The translations under genes and the position numbers were made by a program. Shown here in pieces: positions 30,001 to 37,977 of a stretch of 62,279 nucleotides of DNA. Positions within the stretch are counted from its first letter, which is position 1; each line of letters begins with the position of its first letter. The stretch lies in the IMG/VR virus record IMGVR_UViG_3300025828_000024, positions 1-62,279 of that record. One strand, given 5' to 3'. The notes below the pieces were generated by a model. The model was not told the DNA's origin, ran no database searches, and saw only the letters and a program-made list of their open reading frames with translations. The DNA is from a virus. Its lineage: Duplodnaviria > Caudoviricetes.

Positions 30001-32943
30001 CTACCAAATGCACCTGCCAAGGATGTGTTCTATGTCAAGACATTCTTCCCGATACTAGAGAAGAAGGCACGTAAGACAGCACCTGTTCGTGCATCTCGCA
30101 TGTTTAGTGCGTTGCCAGAGCAGATTGAAACCAAGAAGTCTTCATTAACTTATGCCAGAACATCAGACGTATTGGCGAAAGGTCTTGGGTTCTTTGTTCC
30201 AAAAGAAAAGGCTCAGACTGCAGCGGACGGAATAATCCGTAGGTTCCAAGACAACATGCTGCCAGTTGGTCGCATGATCCAAGAGCTTCAGGAAAAGAAT
30301 GCTACTATCACAGATGCATTTGATCCGTACCTACAGGAAGAATTGTATCATGGTCGTGTCGGTGCAGAGATTGAGAGCCGTGAGAAAACAATTTACAAAG
30401 ATGCCGTTGACGCAGTTAAGGGTGTTAACATTGCTCAGGGTAAGATCGATCAACTGAAAGCTCTTTCTGACAGAGCATCAGAGACTGGTGATGGCTTCGT
30501 TAAGAAAGCTCTTGATAGTTATCCAAGCAAGAAACTGGCAGTGGTTGATGCTGTGCTCTACGCAACCCACGCAAAAGAGCGTAACGCTTTCATCAGACAA
30601 AGAGACCCAGACAATGTTTCTGGTTCTGGTATGTCGGATACAGAAGCTGATGCAATCCTAGCATGGGTAGCAACATTAGATGCACCAAGCATAGCAGCCT
30701 TGCAGCGAGTTCAGCAGAGTGTACGCAGTATTGTTGGCAATACAAACACAACGAGAGCAGACTACGGCCTGATACCAGAAGACTTACGCACTGATACTAA
30801 CTTCAATTCCTACGTGCCTCTGCGTGGCAAAGTAGATTTGTTAGAAGATGAGATGGACTTCACTCGTCCCGCAGGCGGTGCTCCGTTTGGTGTACGAGGA
30901 AGAGAAGATCGTCGTGCGCTGGGCCGCTTCGATTATGCCACAGATATTCTGGCAACTGTAATCAATCAGAACCAGAACTCTGTTGTTCGTGGTGAACGCA
31001 ACAAGGTCGGCCAAGCATTCATTGGATTGCTTCGAGCAAACCCAGACAAGACCCGTGGGTATGGTCGCATCCTAGATCGTATGCCAACACGCCGTGTATT
31101 GGACTCATCAGGCAAGGTAAGAGAAATACCTGATATGATGGCAGGACAAGACCCTAACATCTTCGTTGCGAAAGAAGATGGCAAGGATGTCTTTGTTGAA
31201 TTAAACGATGTTCGTTTAGCAAATGCATTGAAAGGCACAGATGGCACAGGAGCAAGCTCCCTTTCTGGGATTAACCGCGCACTTGGAAAGCTGAACAGAT
31301 ACCTGTCTAACATCAACACCTCTTACAACCCAGAATTCTTCATCACCAACATCGTCCGCGATATTCAGACCGCAGGTATAAACGTGCAGCAGTTTGACGC
31401 TGATGGCATGGTGAAGAGTATTGCCAAGGATTACGGTAAAGCGTTTGGAGGCATTAAGAGAGCCATAAGAAATGGCGACAAGGATAGTGAGTGGGCAAAG
31501 ATATACGCCGAATTCGTCCGTGATGGTGGTCAGAACTCTGCCAACCCTATGAACAGTGTCGCTGATCAGATGGCAAACATCAGTAATCTGCTAGGTGATA
31601 TTGCTGAAGACGGTGTGCGCGGCAAGTTCAACAAGATGAAGAACAGCTTTGCAGGTGAGAAGACAAAGTCACTTCTCAAGTTCCTAGAGGATTACAACAC
31701 CGTGGCTGAGAACGCTGTACGTGTTGCTGTATACAAGGGACTCAAGGACAAGGGGTTCTCGAACGAGAGAGCAGCACAGGCCGCACGTAATGTGACTGTA
31801 AACTTTGGTAAGGGCGGCGAGTACAAGACTCTGATGAACTCGTGGTACTTGTTCTACAACGCGTCTATCCAAGGTTCATTTGCACTTTTCAATGCGTTCT
31901 TGAAATCACCAAAGGTTCGCAAGTTATGGGGCGCATTGATAATATCAGGCATCATGCAAGATGTTATTAACTCTGCACTGTCTGAAGAGGATGATGATGA
32001 GATTAAGGTCTATGATAAGATACCTGATTACATCCTTGAGCATAACCTGATCCTACCCACATTCGGGATAGGTGAGAGATCGTACCTTGCTATACCAATG
32101 CCGTATGGCTTGAACATGGCTGTTAATGCGGGTCGTGCATTTAGCCGTACACTACGTGGCGAATACTCTGCATCAGAGGGTGCCAACTCAATCATCATGA
32201 CAGCAGTGGACGCTCTTAACCCAATCGGTGGCACTGAGAACATGGCGAACTTTGTTGCACCAACTGTGGCTGATCCATTCATTGAGATCATGCGCAATGA
32301 AAACTATGCGGGAGTGCCAATATATAAGCAGCAGTATTCTGGGGACCAATCGCCTGATAGTCAACGCTACTTTAACAGCGTAAGCCCGTCAGCACGTTGG
32401 GTTACTGAAAACTTGAACTCTTTGACAGGCGGCACTAGCGAGATGTCTGGCTTCATTGATTGGAACCCAGAGATCATGGACTACTGGTTCGAATATCTTA
32501 CTGGCGGTATTGGGCGGTTCGTACAAAGAACAGGTGAGCTTCCCGCTCGTATCTACACAGATGGCTTCAATGAAGACCTGACCCGCGAGATACCTTTCGT
32601 TCGCAAGGCAATCGGTAGCGTATCAGAGCGTGAGAATATCGGGTTGTTTGTGGAGAAACGTGATCGCATCCTGAACGTAGGTTCGGAGATTAAGGCGGCA
32701 CAGGAAGCGGGTGATCGTAATCGTCTGATCAGAGCGCGAGACAAGTACTCTGAAGAGATTGCCCTACTGCCACGCGTCAAGGCTATCAATAACGCTATCA
32801 AGAAAATATCGCGGCAGCAAAACGCCATCCGCGATAATGTAAATCTTCCTGATAGTCAGCGCCAGTTGTTGTTGGAACGCTTAGATAAGCAGAAGCAAAT
32901 GCTCTACGCTCGTGGCAACATGATCATGAAAGACTATCGATAA
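24004..32943 (+). CDS. Large polyvalent virion protein (HExxH metallopeptidase, RelA/SpoT-like, HhH-like, nuclease-like, LPD38-like C-terminus)
   Basis: 2979-aa ORF with GGAG RBS; HETVH...EEAVAE; IRD..RF...GWR; GPKIG...TMDRW; GLFHI..RNH; LAIPMPYG. Confidence 0.8.
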   Translation: MGVFQQVGQFSGNPYSFTIAGDAPTEQEAARISQILDQQESPYRQQYESMYGGIAALPQAAEEEGPDTSFGSAFTSALDAPLENFATTARLTGYEGLANFLSDAVETPENYENASEKFINEGGFGFRLGYAPRALVEQAGQFAGSLLSRGAGAVIGGAVTLGNPAGVLAGAITGPALFEAVQLVGPIAEERARNNGRDTPNRDDWLGAIGSSSASGALNAIAPGMAGTLRKLVVEGGTETLQSVIQQTGETAGTDKGLDISLKQAVGEGVLAGGTVAAISGPIDLVKGKPKPEADVQLDEDILEEAQVTRERLGYASTISQEITADAEAKAEAAIQSETPQETSQEPATFSEVTTEEEFAEKTFNKAQYDRVLQQIKADIAREKALSVTGIQQGVKKDIPETKVSQVRDIMAELETRGYLQSEPQPAAVRDRATGVRYTPAPQYAATQNIVPQLKTPDVAYRRQIDIANEAIEKNNRIMEDLKLDLDSVRQFGRDLQGKRTSEDAINYEITRLSERNKQYNGVVNEAQQGLQRLGRLPYVPRVTPEFNRSQKIERKVAAAKARSVADQVKEKVQSNKPVFTPALTEKQDKVFKSIRGRLDGYGLKDVRLSAEQIVDGGEGTYNPTNRMISLSMGLYDPKLSETELFDRVGEVLDHETVHALKEMNVIKPDEWKALTNAAAKVKYTKVKGGEKQQRKYTYLDRAKRLYGDMDAEIQSEEAVAEMFRDYNSGRLDLKGKPQGLFTKIKNFFKSIIGGATDNGFTDVQSIFDEIVVGNIGQRERGVAAQQQTEPAARQSRLAATEEEIAPEKDIRMPLNVAAPNDQIRAEIQRMTNQNRPLVKRLIKRIDERFGTKSGDNAKDLSKVTQKARRPSILANKPWHDVSHIRDSYRFKTVIDDFRAVPAIFDELLADGISLVKIDTGKLFRPKEWGWRIIAFDLRMPNGQLVEWYLPLKELEVEKKARGHLIFEEWRNKTQEELSAQRDAYFEAIARSYRNYDEAFQAALDRMNTTRQDAEASWRSAESSLLDAARNARRSSGVGISSAGTAEEGIIAPSEVRTDVEPSALNISAREEPSSISAKGSAILSTSDDYVTDVPVEEQVKFSRLPRTSNVSGLQDFIRNNPEGFTIDPVTMEPASGGFVVAPLKEAEIIVGETLPEEVLLGYIEDNKDISAAVNKPVYLGGWFDSDSQQYFLDNTLILPTAEEALYIAEAADQLAIFDLNNFEEIRTNEGIRQLQESGAYRGDTAIGYQRNLAEVGRRFAEARDNRNARQREQLTGGVEGFRQSRLTLPLTPEQRAASILDYLDPDTGQPKFKSKQGSETLVSFANKLLELRGTRPYDIVNSEQDREEVARIMAAEAEAALLSSSDAIGWYDAKLKLAKQILFPVYPEVSPLRPDGTENSLYDPASEHAFDYATAVTSNGLSVIDNYLLASRQYDAWKNSQDGRFPLSSSGKQGQSMIKAWEFWNALTDLGYDSNQINELLTMQMRKGDLAALMTDVFGVERVKDLPFKIDGKELADEIVGVAYVIGPKIGNGFYQNLRGNFNPLTMDRWWMRFVNRITGNPIVNYRDELVQENKDKLWELISNPSRLTDTDKQLLVDTLESLDINTIEKSDIELIAPQVQKIWDKNFYNKAFNDKLDELADQYDFVVTSGGTITGRDAAKVKKLAQDARPKSTDLALSAKNLAGKLKTALQEDPRNARERSAMRAAANRAREILRQSNQIGADLTNADFQALMWYAEKRIFEAGGVRKGRGDDNDYADGAIAILKNKGVSDDKIKATLPDSERGRISGVKSQLDRDSEIGREVDAIQRGPEEGNFFAPRELTLLDGSMAPQSQLTTDQLQQTEADLSGVEVDPELPPQRFSRMVPAQALVPVRAPVNMADGSPNPVYGYFRDDSTGRLRPIVLPKGSHKTYESGVEVGQGLFHIQQRNHDKELVLNSKYKRVENAIFDLLRRWQDQGYDDGESVISYPSQGGIVLEWRNNMAFKAPPMRLVLQSGRELPNAPAKDVFYVKTFFPILEKKARKTAPVRASRMFSALPEQIETKKSSLTYARTSDVLAKGLGFFVPKEKAQTAADGIIRRFQDNMLPVGRMIQELQEKNATITDAFDPYLQEELYHGRVGAEIESREKTIYKDAVDAVKGVNIAQGKIDQLKALSDRASETGDGFVKKALDSYPSKKLAVVDAVLYATHAKERNAFIRQRDPDNVSGSGMSDTEADAILAWVATLDAPSIAALQRVQQSVRSIVGNTNTTRADYGLIPEDLRTDTNFNSYVPLRGKVDLLEDEMDFTRPAGGAPFGVRGREDRRALGRFDYATDILATVINQNQNSVVRGERNKVGQAFIGLLRANPDKTRGYGRILDRMPTRRVLDSSGKVREIPDMMAGQDPNIFVAKEDGKDVFVELNDVRLANALKGTDGTGASSLSGINRALGKLNRYLSNINTSYNPEFFITNIVRDIQTAGINVQQFDADGMVKSIAKDYGKAFGGIKRAIRNGDKDSEWAKIYAEFVRDGGQNSANPMNSVADQMANISNLLGDIAEDGVRGKFNKMKNSFAGEKTKSLLKFLEDYNTVAENAVRVAVYKGLKDKGFSNERAAQAARNVTVNFGKGGEYKTLMNSWYLFYNASIQGSFALFNAFLKSPKVRKLWGALIISGIMQDVINSALSEEDDDEIKVYDKIPDYILEHNLILPTFGIGERSYLAIPMPYGLNMAVNAGRAFSRTLRGEYSASEGANSIIMTAVDALNPIGGTENMANFVAPTVADPFIEIMRNENYAGVPIYKQQYSGDQSPDSQRYFNSVSPSARWVTENLNSLTGGTSEMSGFIDWNPEIMDYWFEYLTGGIGRFVQRTGELPARIYTDGFNEDLTREIPFVRKAIGSVSERENIGLFVEKRDRILNVGSEIKAAQEAGDRNRLIRARDKYSEEIALLPRVKAINNAIKKISRQQNAIRDNVNLPDSQRQLLLERLDKQKQMLYARGNMIMKDYR

Positions 32944-32946
32944 AGT

Positions 32947-33369
32947 TCAATTGAACATTACGAACCTGTTCGTTGGTATCAAGCCTATGGCTTCAATGTC
33001 GGATGGATCGTTGCGGCGATTCCATCCCTCACCACTGAACTCAACGTCGCACTTCATATCAAGGTTGCAGTAACCAGTTCTGTCTGACCACTGAACCACG
33101 AATAAGCAAGGTACGTCACACACGTTCTTCAGGTTCTGTGCCATAAGTAACTTGGTTAGTGATATGAAGCATGTTGGATACTTATCATACGGCACATTCC
33201 TATGCCGCATCTCAACGAATGCCTGTATCTTCTTACCTCGCAATGCAACATAGTCAAACTGTGCATACTTCATCTGACGCTGCATCTTGCACTTCCACTT
33301 TTCCTCTAGAAGAAGCGCAAGTTGTCTTTCGTTTTCTGCGTCAGCTTGGTTCTCGTAGGTTGGTTTCAT
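32947..33369 (-). CDS. PD-(D/E)XK nuclease-like protein
   Basis: E...FDY...FVEMRHR...FVVQWSD. Confidence 0.6.
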   Translation of the reverse strand: MKPTYENQADAENERQLALLLEEKWKCKMQRQMKYAQFDYVALRGKKIQAFVEMRHRNVPYDKYPTCFISLTKLLMAQNLKNVCDVPCLFVVQWSDRTGYCNLDMKCDVEFSGEGWNRRNDPSDIEAIGLIPTNRFVMFN

Positions 33370-33541
33370 GTTTGCTATCTATCCACTCTAATATCTCTGA
33401 ATACTTCCAACGCTTAACACGCTCACTAAAGACAATCTCTTTAGGGAAGCTCTGGTCTTCTTTTATAATCTTACGCATAGACTTGGGATGCATTGACATC
33501 ATTTCTGCCACCCCATGAATGTCCATTAGCTTTTCTTCCAT
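33341..33541 (-). CDS. AlpA/excisionase-like HTH protein (start may be 33526)
   Basis: VAEMMSM...FPK...RWKYSEILEWI. Confidence 0.8.
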   Translation of the reverse strand: MEEKLMDIHGVAEMMSMHPKSMRKIIKEDQSFPKEIVFSERVKRWKYSEILEWIDSKHETNLREPS

Positions 33542-33972
33542 TGCCGAAAGTCCTCTCGTAGTGTTTCAAACTTGTTTCGGGCATCAGGATTACTTCTAAA
33601 CTCTGACCGCGATTCGATGCCACAGTACTTGCGAACAGCAGCAACGGCTGCGTTCTCTATTTTAAATGGATCGATATCCCCTATCAATCCACAGTCATGC
33701 AGGTACTCACCAAACTCTTGGTTACGGCACAGTAAACCCGCTGATGCTATCAGCCGCTCGACGCGCTGAAACTCTTCTCGTGTCTCTGGTTGATCGTCAT
33801 CAGTCAATCTAACCATAGCCACCATGTATCTTGTTCCCACCCAATCAGTGTGTAGTTCTGGGGGGCAGTCATTTGGGTGTACGTTGAGGCGTAGTATGAT
33901 GCCGTTCCTGTCCTGAGACATGGATACCTTAACGGCCTCGAACCCCATTGCTGCATCTCTAATGTTACTCAT
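33526..33972 (-). CDS. Hypothetical protein
   Basis: Coupled ORF in the operon. Confidence 0.75.
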   Translation of the reverse strand: MSNIRDAAMGFEAVKVSMSQDRNGIILRLNVHPNDCPPELHTDWVGTRYMVAMVRLTDDDQPETREEFQRVERLIASAGLLCRNQEFGEYLHDCGLIGDIDPFKIENAAVAAVRKYCGIESRSEFRSNPDARNKFETLREDFRQWKKS

Positions 33973-34247
33973 CTATACTTCTCCCAGTTCTTGGAAGCCC
34001 ATTCCTTTGGATCAACTCCCTCTAAATCCCACCATGTGCGTTCATCACCAAAGCGATGTAGTTCCATGTGACATTCGTGACACAGAGGTACAGCCCAGTT
34101 ATCTCCCGACCTGATGCCTACACCACGTTCCCCAACATGCTGTAGGTGGTGCGCCTCTGCGCCACGTCTGCACACTAAGCAGGGTGACCCCCGCAAAGTA
34201 TTCAGATACTTCTCATCCCGAATGTTCTTATGTTTCGGAATGAGCAT
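33969..34247 (-). CDS. DUF968-like HNH/Zn-finger protein
   Basis: PCLVC...AHH...D.WAVPLCHECHMELH. Confidence 0.85.
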   Translation of the reverse strand: MLIPKHKNIRDEKYLNTLRGSPCLVCRRGAEAHHLQHVGERGVGIRSGDNWAVPLCHECHMELHRFGDERTWWDLEGVDPKEWASKNWEKYR

Positions 34248-34251
34248 GAGA

Positions 34252-34536
34252 TTATGATTTCACCATCTCTGCATCGATCTCACCTTCCAGTTGCCATAGT
34301 TTGCAAATCGCATCAAAAAGATCGTAGTTTTCTTCACTAACAGTTACTGTAAGCTCACCTTCATGATCATGCATTCTTGTTATATGGTGAAAGTATTCAT
34401 AACCATCGTACATACTGGCGAGGTAAGAATACACTTTTATCAGGCGTTGCAGTCTCCAAGTCTCAACTGCATTTGAAAAAGAAAATGTAACTACACCTGT
34501 GGTAGTAGTAGAATTTTCTTTTGTTTCTATCTGCAT
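34252..34536 (-). CDS. Hypothetical protein
   Basis: AGGAG RBS. Confidence 0.65.
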   Translation of the reverse strand: MQIETKENSTTTTGVVTFSFSNAVETWRLQRLIKVYSYLASMYDGYEYFHHITRMHDHEGELTVTVSEENYDLFDAICKLWQLEGEIDAEMVKS

Positions 34537-34556
34537 AATACTTCTCCTTTAATATC

Positions 34557-35375
34557 TTACGCCAGACCGCACTTCTTTTCGTCCCAGTCTTCCATATAGA
34601 AACCATCCTTTGGAAGTGATGCCTGTTTCATTTCGGCACCCTTTTTGAATTTGTGCCAAGACAACATGATGTATTTCATCCTAGTTATCGTGGTGAACTT
34701 GTCCGACCTCATGTCATTTCTTATCAGCTTGTTCCTTGTGAAGACGACAGGATCGTATTCATAATTATTCTGACCATCGCGCCATGTTCTTATGAATTCA
34801 TTGGCTTCCTGCTCGTAGCCAGTTTGGGTTCCAATATAATGCATAGCTGCAAGAATATTGTCAGACTTATGGAATGATCCAATAGAATAAGACACACTTT
34901 CTGCCAAGTTTGGATGCTTGTCTAGAATTGCATCAAGCTCATTGACTGTCCAACCATGATCCTTTGGGTCTCTCTTGGCTATCAGGGCAAGCATCTTTGT
35001 AGATGCAGCAAGTCTATTGTAGTTGACGTGCCCATGAATTTTTAATTGATCCCCAAAGGTTCTCTTCTTTCCGCTATCAATTGTAAGCATGGTTTCTTCT
35101 GGGAGGTTCTCAACAAGTATTGTCCAGAACGGTTCTCCAGATTTCTCACATGCCATCAATCTTTGTTGACCATCCAAAAGAATACCTGTGTTTGATACAC
35201 AAATTGAGTGACCGTTAAAGACAAAATTCCTAGCTGCCATATCCCTTGCATAAAGGGACACGACTTTAGGTGATGCTTTCCTGTTTCTTGTATTGATATC
35301 CAAAAGCTCTTTGGCTTTGGTTGGTGTCATCAAATACTTTTCTACAGTTACCTTATCAAGTTGATGTTGTTTCAT
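34557..35375 (-). CDS. ParB/Srx-like N-terminal domain protein
   Basis: N.RNR...YARDM...LLDGQQRLMA...IDSG. Confidence 0.7.
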   Translation of the reverse strand: MKQHQLDKVTVEKYLMTPTKAKELLDINTRNRKASPKVVSLYARDMAARNFVFNGHSICVSNTGILLDGQQRLMACEKSGEPFWTILVENLPEETMLTIDSGKKRTFGDQLKIHGHVNYNRLAASTKMLALIAKRDPKDHGWTVNELDAILDKHPNLAESVSYSIGSFHKSDNILAAMHYIGTQTGYEQEANEFIRTWRDGQNNYEYDPVVFTRNKLIRNDMRSDKFTTITRMKYIMLSWHKFKKGAEMKQASLPKDGFYMEDWDEKKCGLA

Positions 35376-35398
35376 AGCTTTCTCCACTCGCTTGAAAA

Positions 35399-35716
35399 TT
35401 AAAACGGTATTTCGTCATCCATCTGATTGGATGCGTTCTGATTGCTTTGGTTGTACTGATACCCTGAACCGCCGCTCTCTTTGCGCTCTCTCAACAAGTC
35501 GCTGCGCAACGACAGAAATGGCTTGCCATTCTTCGACACTTTTCTCCAACCCACTAGGTTGGCCTTCGGGTTCTGCACCCCTTCTTGTAGTTGGTTCCAT
35601 AGGTCAGTCACCGTTGCATGATCCATTTCAATGTTGCCAGTATAGTCTGGCTGACGTTCATTCTGCTTTCGATCATTCTGAAACAGAATTCCTGATGCGG
35701 GATATTGTTGCGACAT
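35399..35716 (-). CDS. Putative single-stranded DNA-binding protein
   Basis: QPDYTGNIE...W.K...FLSL; acidic DDEIPF tail. Confidence 0.75.
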   Translation of the reverse strand: MSQQYPASGILFQNDRKQNERQPDYTGNIEMDHATVTDLWNQLQEGVQNPKANLVGWRKVSKNGKPFLSLRSDLLRERKESGGSGYQYNQSNQNASNQMDDEIPF

Positions 35717-36477
35717 TACTTCTTCTCCTTCGCAAGTTCTTGTTTCTTAGTTGAGATCGCTGCCCCAACTGATTCATAGGCTGTGGAAGCCTCTTCTTTT
35801 GCGCGTTCAAACAATGGTTTGTTTGCCGCGTAAAACTTATTCAAAGTCTCAGTGCTCTTGATAGTATTGACCCAAGCTACAGCTACATCTGCCCAAACAT
35901 CCCAATTGTATACAGCACGAGGCACACGATCTTCTTTCTTGTAGGCACCTGCGTTTATCATGTATCCAAGCGGTCCGCCTGAAGCTTCCTCTTCTTTTTG
36001 TTCAATTGAACTTTTTTCTGAGGCGTCCTGTGGGGACGGTACAGGCGCGTTTGCTTTCTTTGTGGGGGTAGGGTTGGGTTTTTTATTTACCTCTTCCTGC
36101 CGCACCTCTCCGTCGCTCTGAGGGATATCCTCACCTGCATAGATGTAGTGACCCAGTCCGTGCATGGCGATAGCCTTCGCAAGGCAGCGCATTCTAGCGT
36201 CACTGATCTGTCGTGACGTTGGTCCAGAGATAGCGTTGTTTCTGTTATCCATAACAGGCAACCACATCATGTGGTCCTGATCTTCTACGGTTACAGTGAC
36301 ACGCACTTCAACGGTGCTATCTGGGTAAATGATATCATCGTGAACTTCATACGATGCATTAGGGTATTTAGATTTAACCTCACCCCAAGCCCAAGCCCAA
36401 GACAGATAACTTAATCCCATCTTCTCTTGCTTCTTATCATTCACGTTAATTGAGGATAGTGTTTTCCATACTGACAT
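35716..36477 (-). CDS. Sak/Rad52-like ssDNA annealing protein (DUF1071)
   Basis: LSYLSWAWAW...WLPVMDNRN...MRCLAKAIAMHGLGHYIYAGED. Confidence 0.9.
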   Translation of the reverse strand: MSVWKTLSSINVNDKKQEKMGLSYLSWAWAWGEVKSKYPNASYEVHDDIIYPDSTVEVRVTVTVEDQDHMMWLPVMDNRNNAISGPTSRQISDARMRCLAKAIAMHGLGHYIYAGEDIPQSDGEVRQEEVNKKPNPTPTKKANAPVPSPQDASEKSSIEQKEEEASGGPLGYMINAGAYKKEDRVPRAVYNWDVWADVAVAWVNTIKSTETLNKFYAANKPLFERAKEEASTAYESVGAAISTKKQELAKEKK

Positions 36478-37367
36478 TACTTTCTCCATCCAGTAAATTG
36501 TTCACAAAACTCTGCTACTCCGCAGTAGTTTCCTTCGCATCGGGTCTTCTCGCCCTTTCTGTGTTCGATCTCTAGCTTTCTATCGCTACCATCGACATGC
36601 TCCTGAGCTTTCTCCAGACTGTCCCAGAGTTTCAAAGCCCTCTTCTTCCCTACTTCCTTAACAGCGTATTGATCTGGCTTTGCCCACTGATCTTCTGGTG
36701 AGCAGCGAGGGAATTGATCGTAGAGATCGTAGTCCATCTGTGCTTCTTGATGGGCATCGACGCGCTCGTAGATATAATCCTCACGGTCCTCTTTGCTCCA
36801 CAAGGGAAGCTCAACAACCACCACTGGTGCCTGTGGATACTCAGGATCGAACTGAGCCTTTCGTCTTTGCCAGTCTCTGAGGATAGCGCAGATGCGTATC
36901 TTGCTCACTGTCTTCCCACGATTAGAACCGTTGTCAGAGTTTTCAACAAGCCAAGCATAGCAGTTTTGCTGACGCTCCCATTCCTTCTTGCCAAGAATTA
37001 CTGACCAAGCTGACGTAACCTTGTAGTCCGTTATCTGCACGGTGCCATCAGGAAGAACCTCTTGGTGGTCAAGCGCACCAGAAAGAACCCAGTTAGCCAC
37101 GGTTGCATAAAGGCGTTCCTCTACCTGCACATGCTCTGGGTCATCGGCACTTTCAAGAATGTGATGGACTGCCGTACCAAACAGAGGCCAGATCATATCA
37201 GTGACATCTGTCTCTGCATCTTTGGCATATAAGTCTTTCATCAGGCGCACTCGTGGTGCGTCGATCAATGTTGTTACACTGATGTCTGCCTTGCCTTTCG
37301 TGTACTTATCGTCACGAGCAAAGTTCAAGAACGCATCAGGTAAGTCGTACTTGTTTGTGATTTTCAT
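36477..37367 (-). CDS. Cas4-like PD-(D/E)XK exonuclease
   Basis: GTAVH...EER...GALD...DYK...QNCY; C-terminal Cys cluster. Confidence 0.8.
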   Translation of the reverse strand: MKITNKYDLPDAFLNFARDDKYTKGKADISVTTLIDAPRVRLMKDLYAKDAETDVTDMIWPLFGTAVHHILESADDPEHVQVEERLYATVANWVLSGALDHQEVLPDGTVQITDYKVTSAWSVILGKKEWERQQNCYAWLVENSDNGSNRGKTVSKIRICAILRDWQRRKAQFDPEYPQAPVVVVELPLWSKEDREDYIYERVDAHQEAQMDYDLYDQFPRCSPEDQWAKPDQYAVKEVGKKRALKLWDSLEKAQEHVDGSDRKLEIEHRKGEKTRCEGNYCGVAEFCEQFTGWRK

Positions 37368-37439
37368 TGTTTTCTCCACTGGTCTGTAGTTAAATCACAC
37401 ATGGAATACAAAGTCAAATAGGAATATTTAGGGGAAGAT

Positions 37440-37859
37440 ATGAGTAATTTTGACGTTACATTTACGGTATATGGTGAACCCGCATCGAAAGCAAACTCAC
37501 GCAAGATGGTAGTGATCAAGGGGCGACCCGCCCTGATCAAGTCAGCCAAAGCGAGAGCCTACGTTACGATGTTCGAAAGCCAATGCCCTGTCATGGAAGT
37601 GCCAACGACTGATGATGTTGTCGTTGAGATGATGATACACTACGCCTCACGCCGCCCTGATTTGGATGAGAGCTTGATACTGGATTGCATGCAGGGACGC
37701 ATCTACAAAAACGACAGGCAGGTGAAGCAGAAGTTTATCTATTGGGGGTTGGACAAGGAAGAGCCGCGTTCGATCATTCGTGTCCGCTCATGTGATGTAA
37801 AAAATATTCCAGACTATCTTTCATCCGATACCGTTATTCTATCGGAAGACGTTCGGTAG
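37440..37859 (+). CDS. rusA: Holliday junction resolvase RusA
   Basis: P.SK.N...RPDLD...LDCM...NDRQV. Confidence 0.85.
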   Translation: MSNFDVTFTVYGEPASKANSRKMVVIKGRPALIKSAKARAYVTMFESQCPVMEVPTTDDVVVEMMIHYASRRPDLDESLILDCMQGRIYKNDRQVKQKFIYWGLDKEEPRSIIRVRSCDVKNIPDYLSSDTVILSEDVR

Positions 37860-37902
37860 ACGATATTACATATCGGTAGACTAAGTATATATATTATATA
37901 TT
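37842..37902. repeat. TCGG[AT]AGAC x3 followed by an AT tract (origin-like)
   Basis: 37842, 37853, 37873; TATATATATTATATA follows. Confidence 0.6.
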
Positions 37903-37923
37903 AGGCGGGAAAAAATTGGCAAG

Positions 37924-37953
37924 TTGACTGCTCGTATCTGTTTCTTCTATGAT
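37924..37953 (+). promoter_or_regulatory. Sigma70-like promoter of the primase-helicase
   Basis: TTGACT-18-TATGAT. Confidence 0.55.
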
Positions 37954-37977
37954 GTCGGGATAGAGTAGGAGATAGCC

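Noticed and set aside
33341-33541. AlpA/Xis-like gene as evidence of a prophage
   Set aside because: No integrase, att site or host flanking DNA recognised
36477-37367. Cas4-like nuclease as sign of a CRISPR system
   Set aside because: No array or other cas genes; context with Sak and SSB indicates a recombination exonuclease
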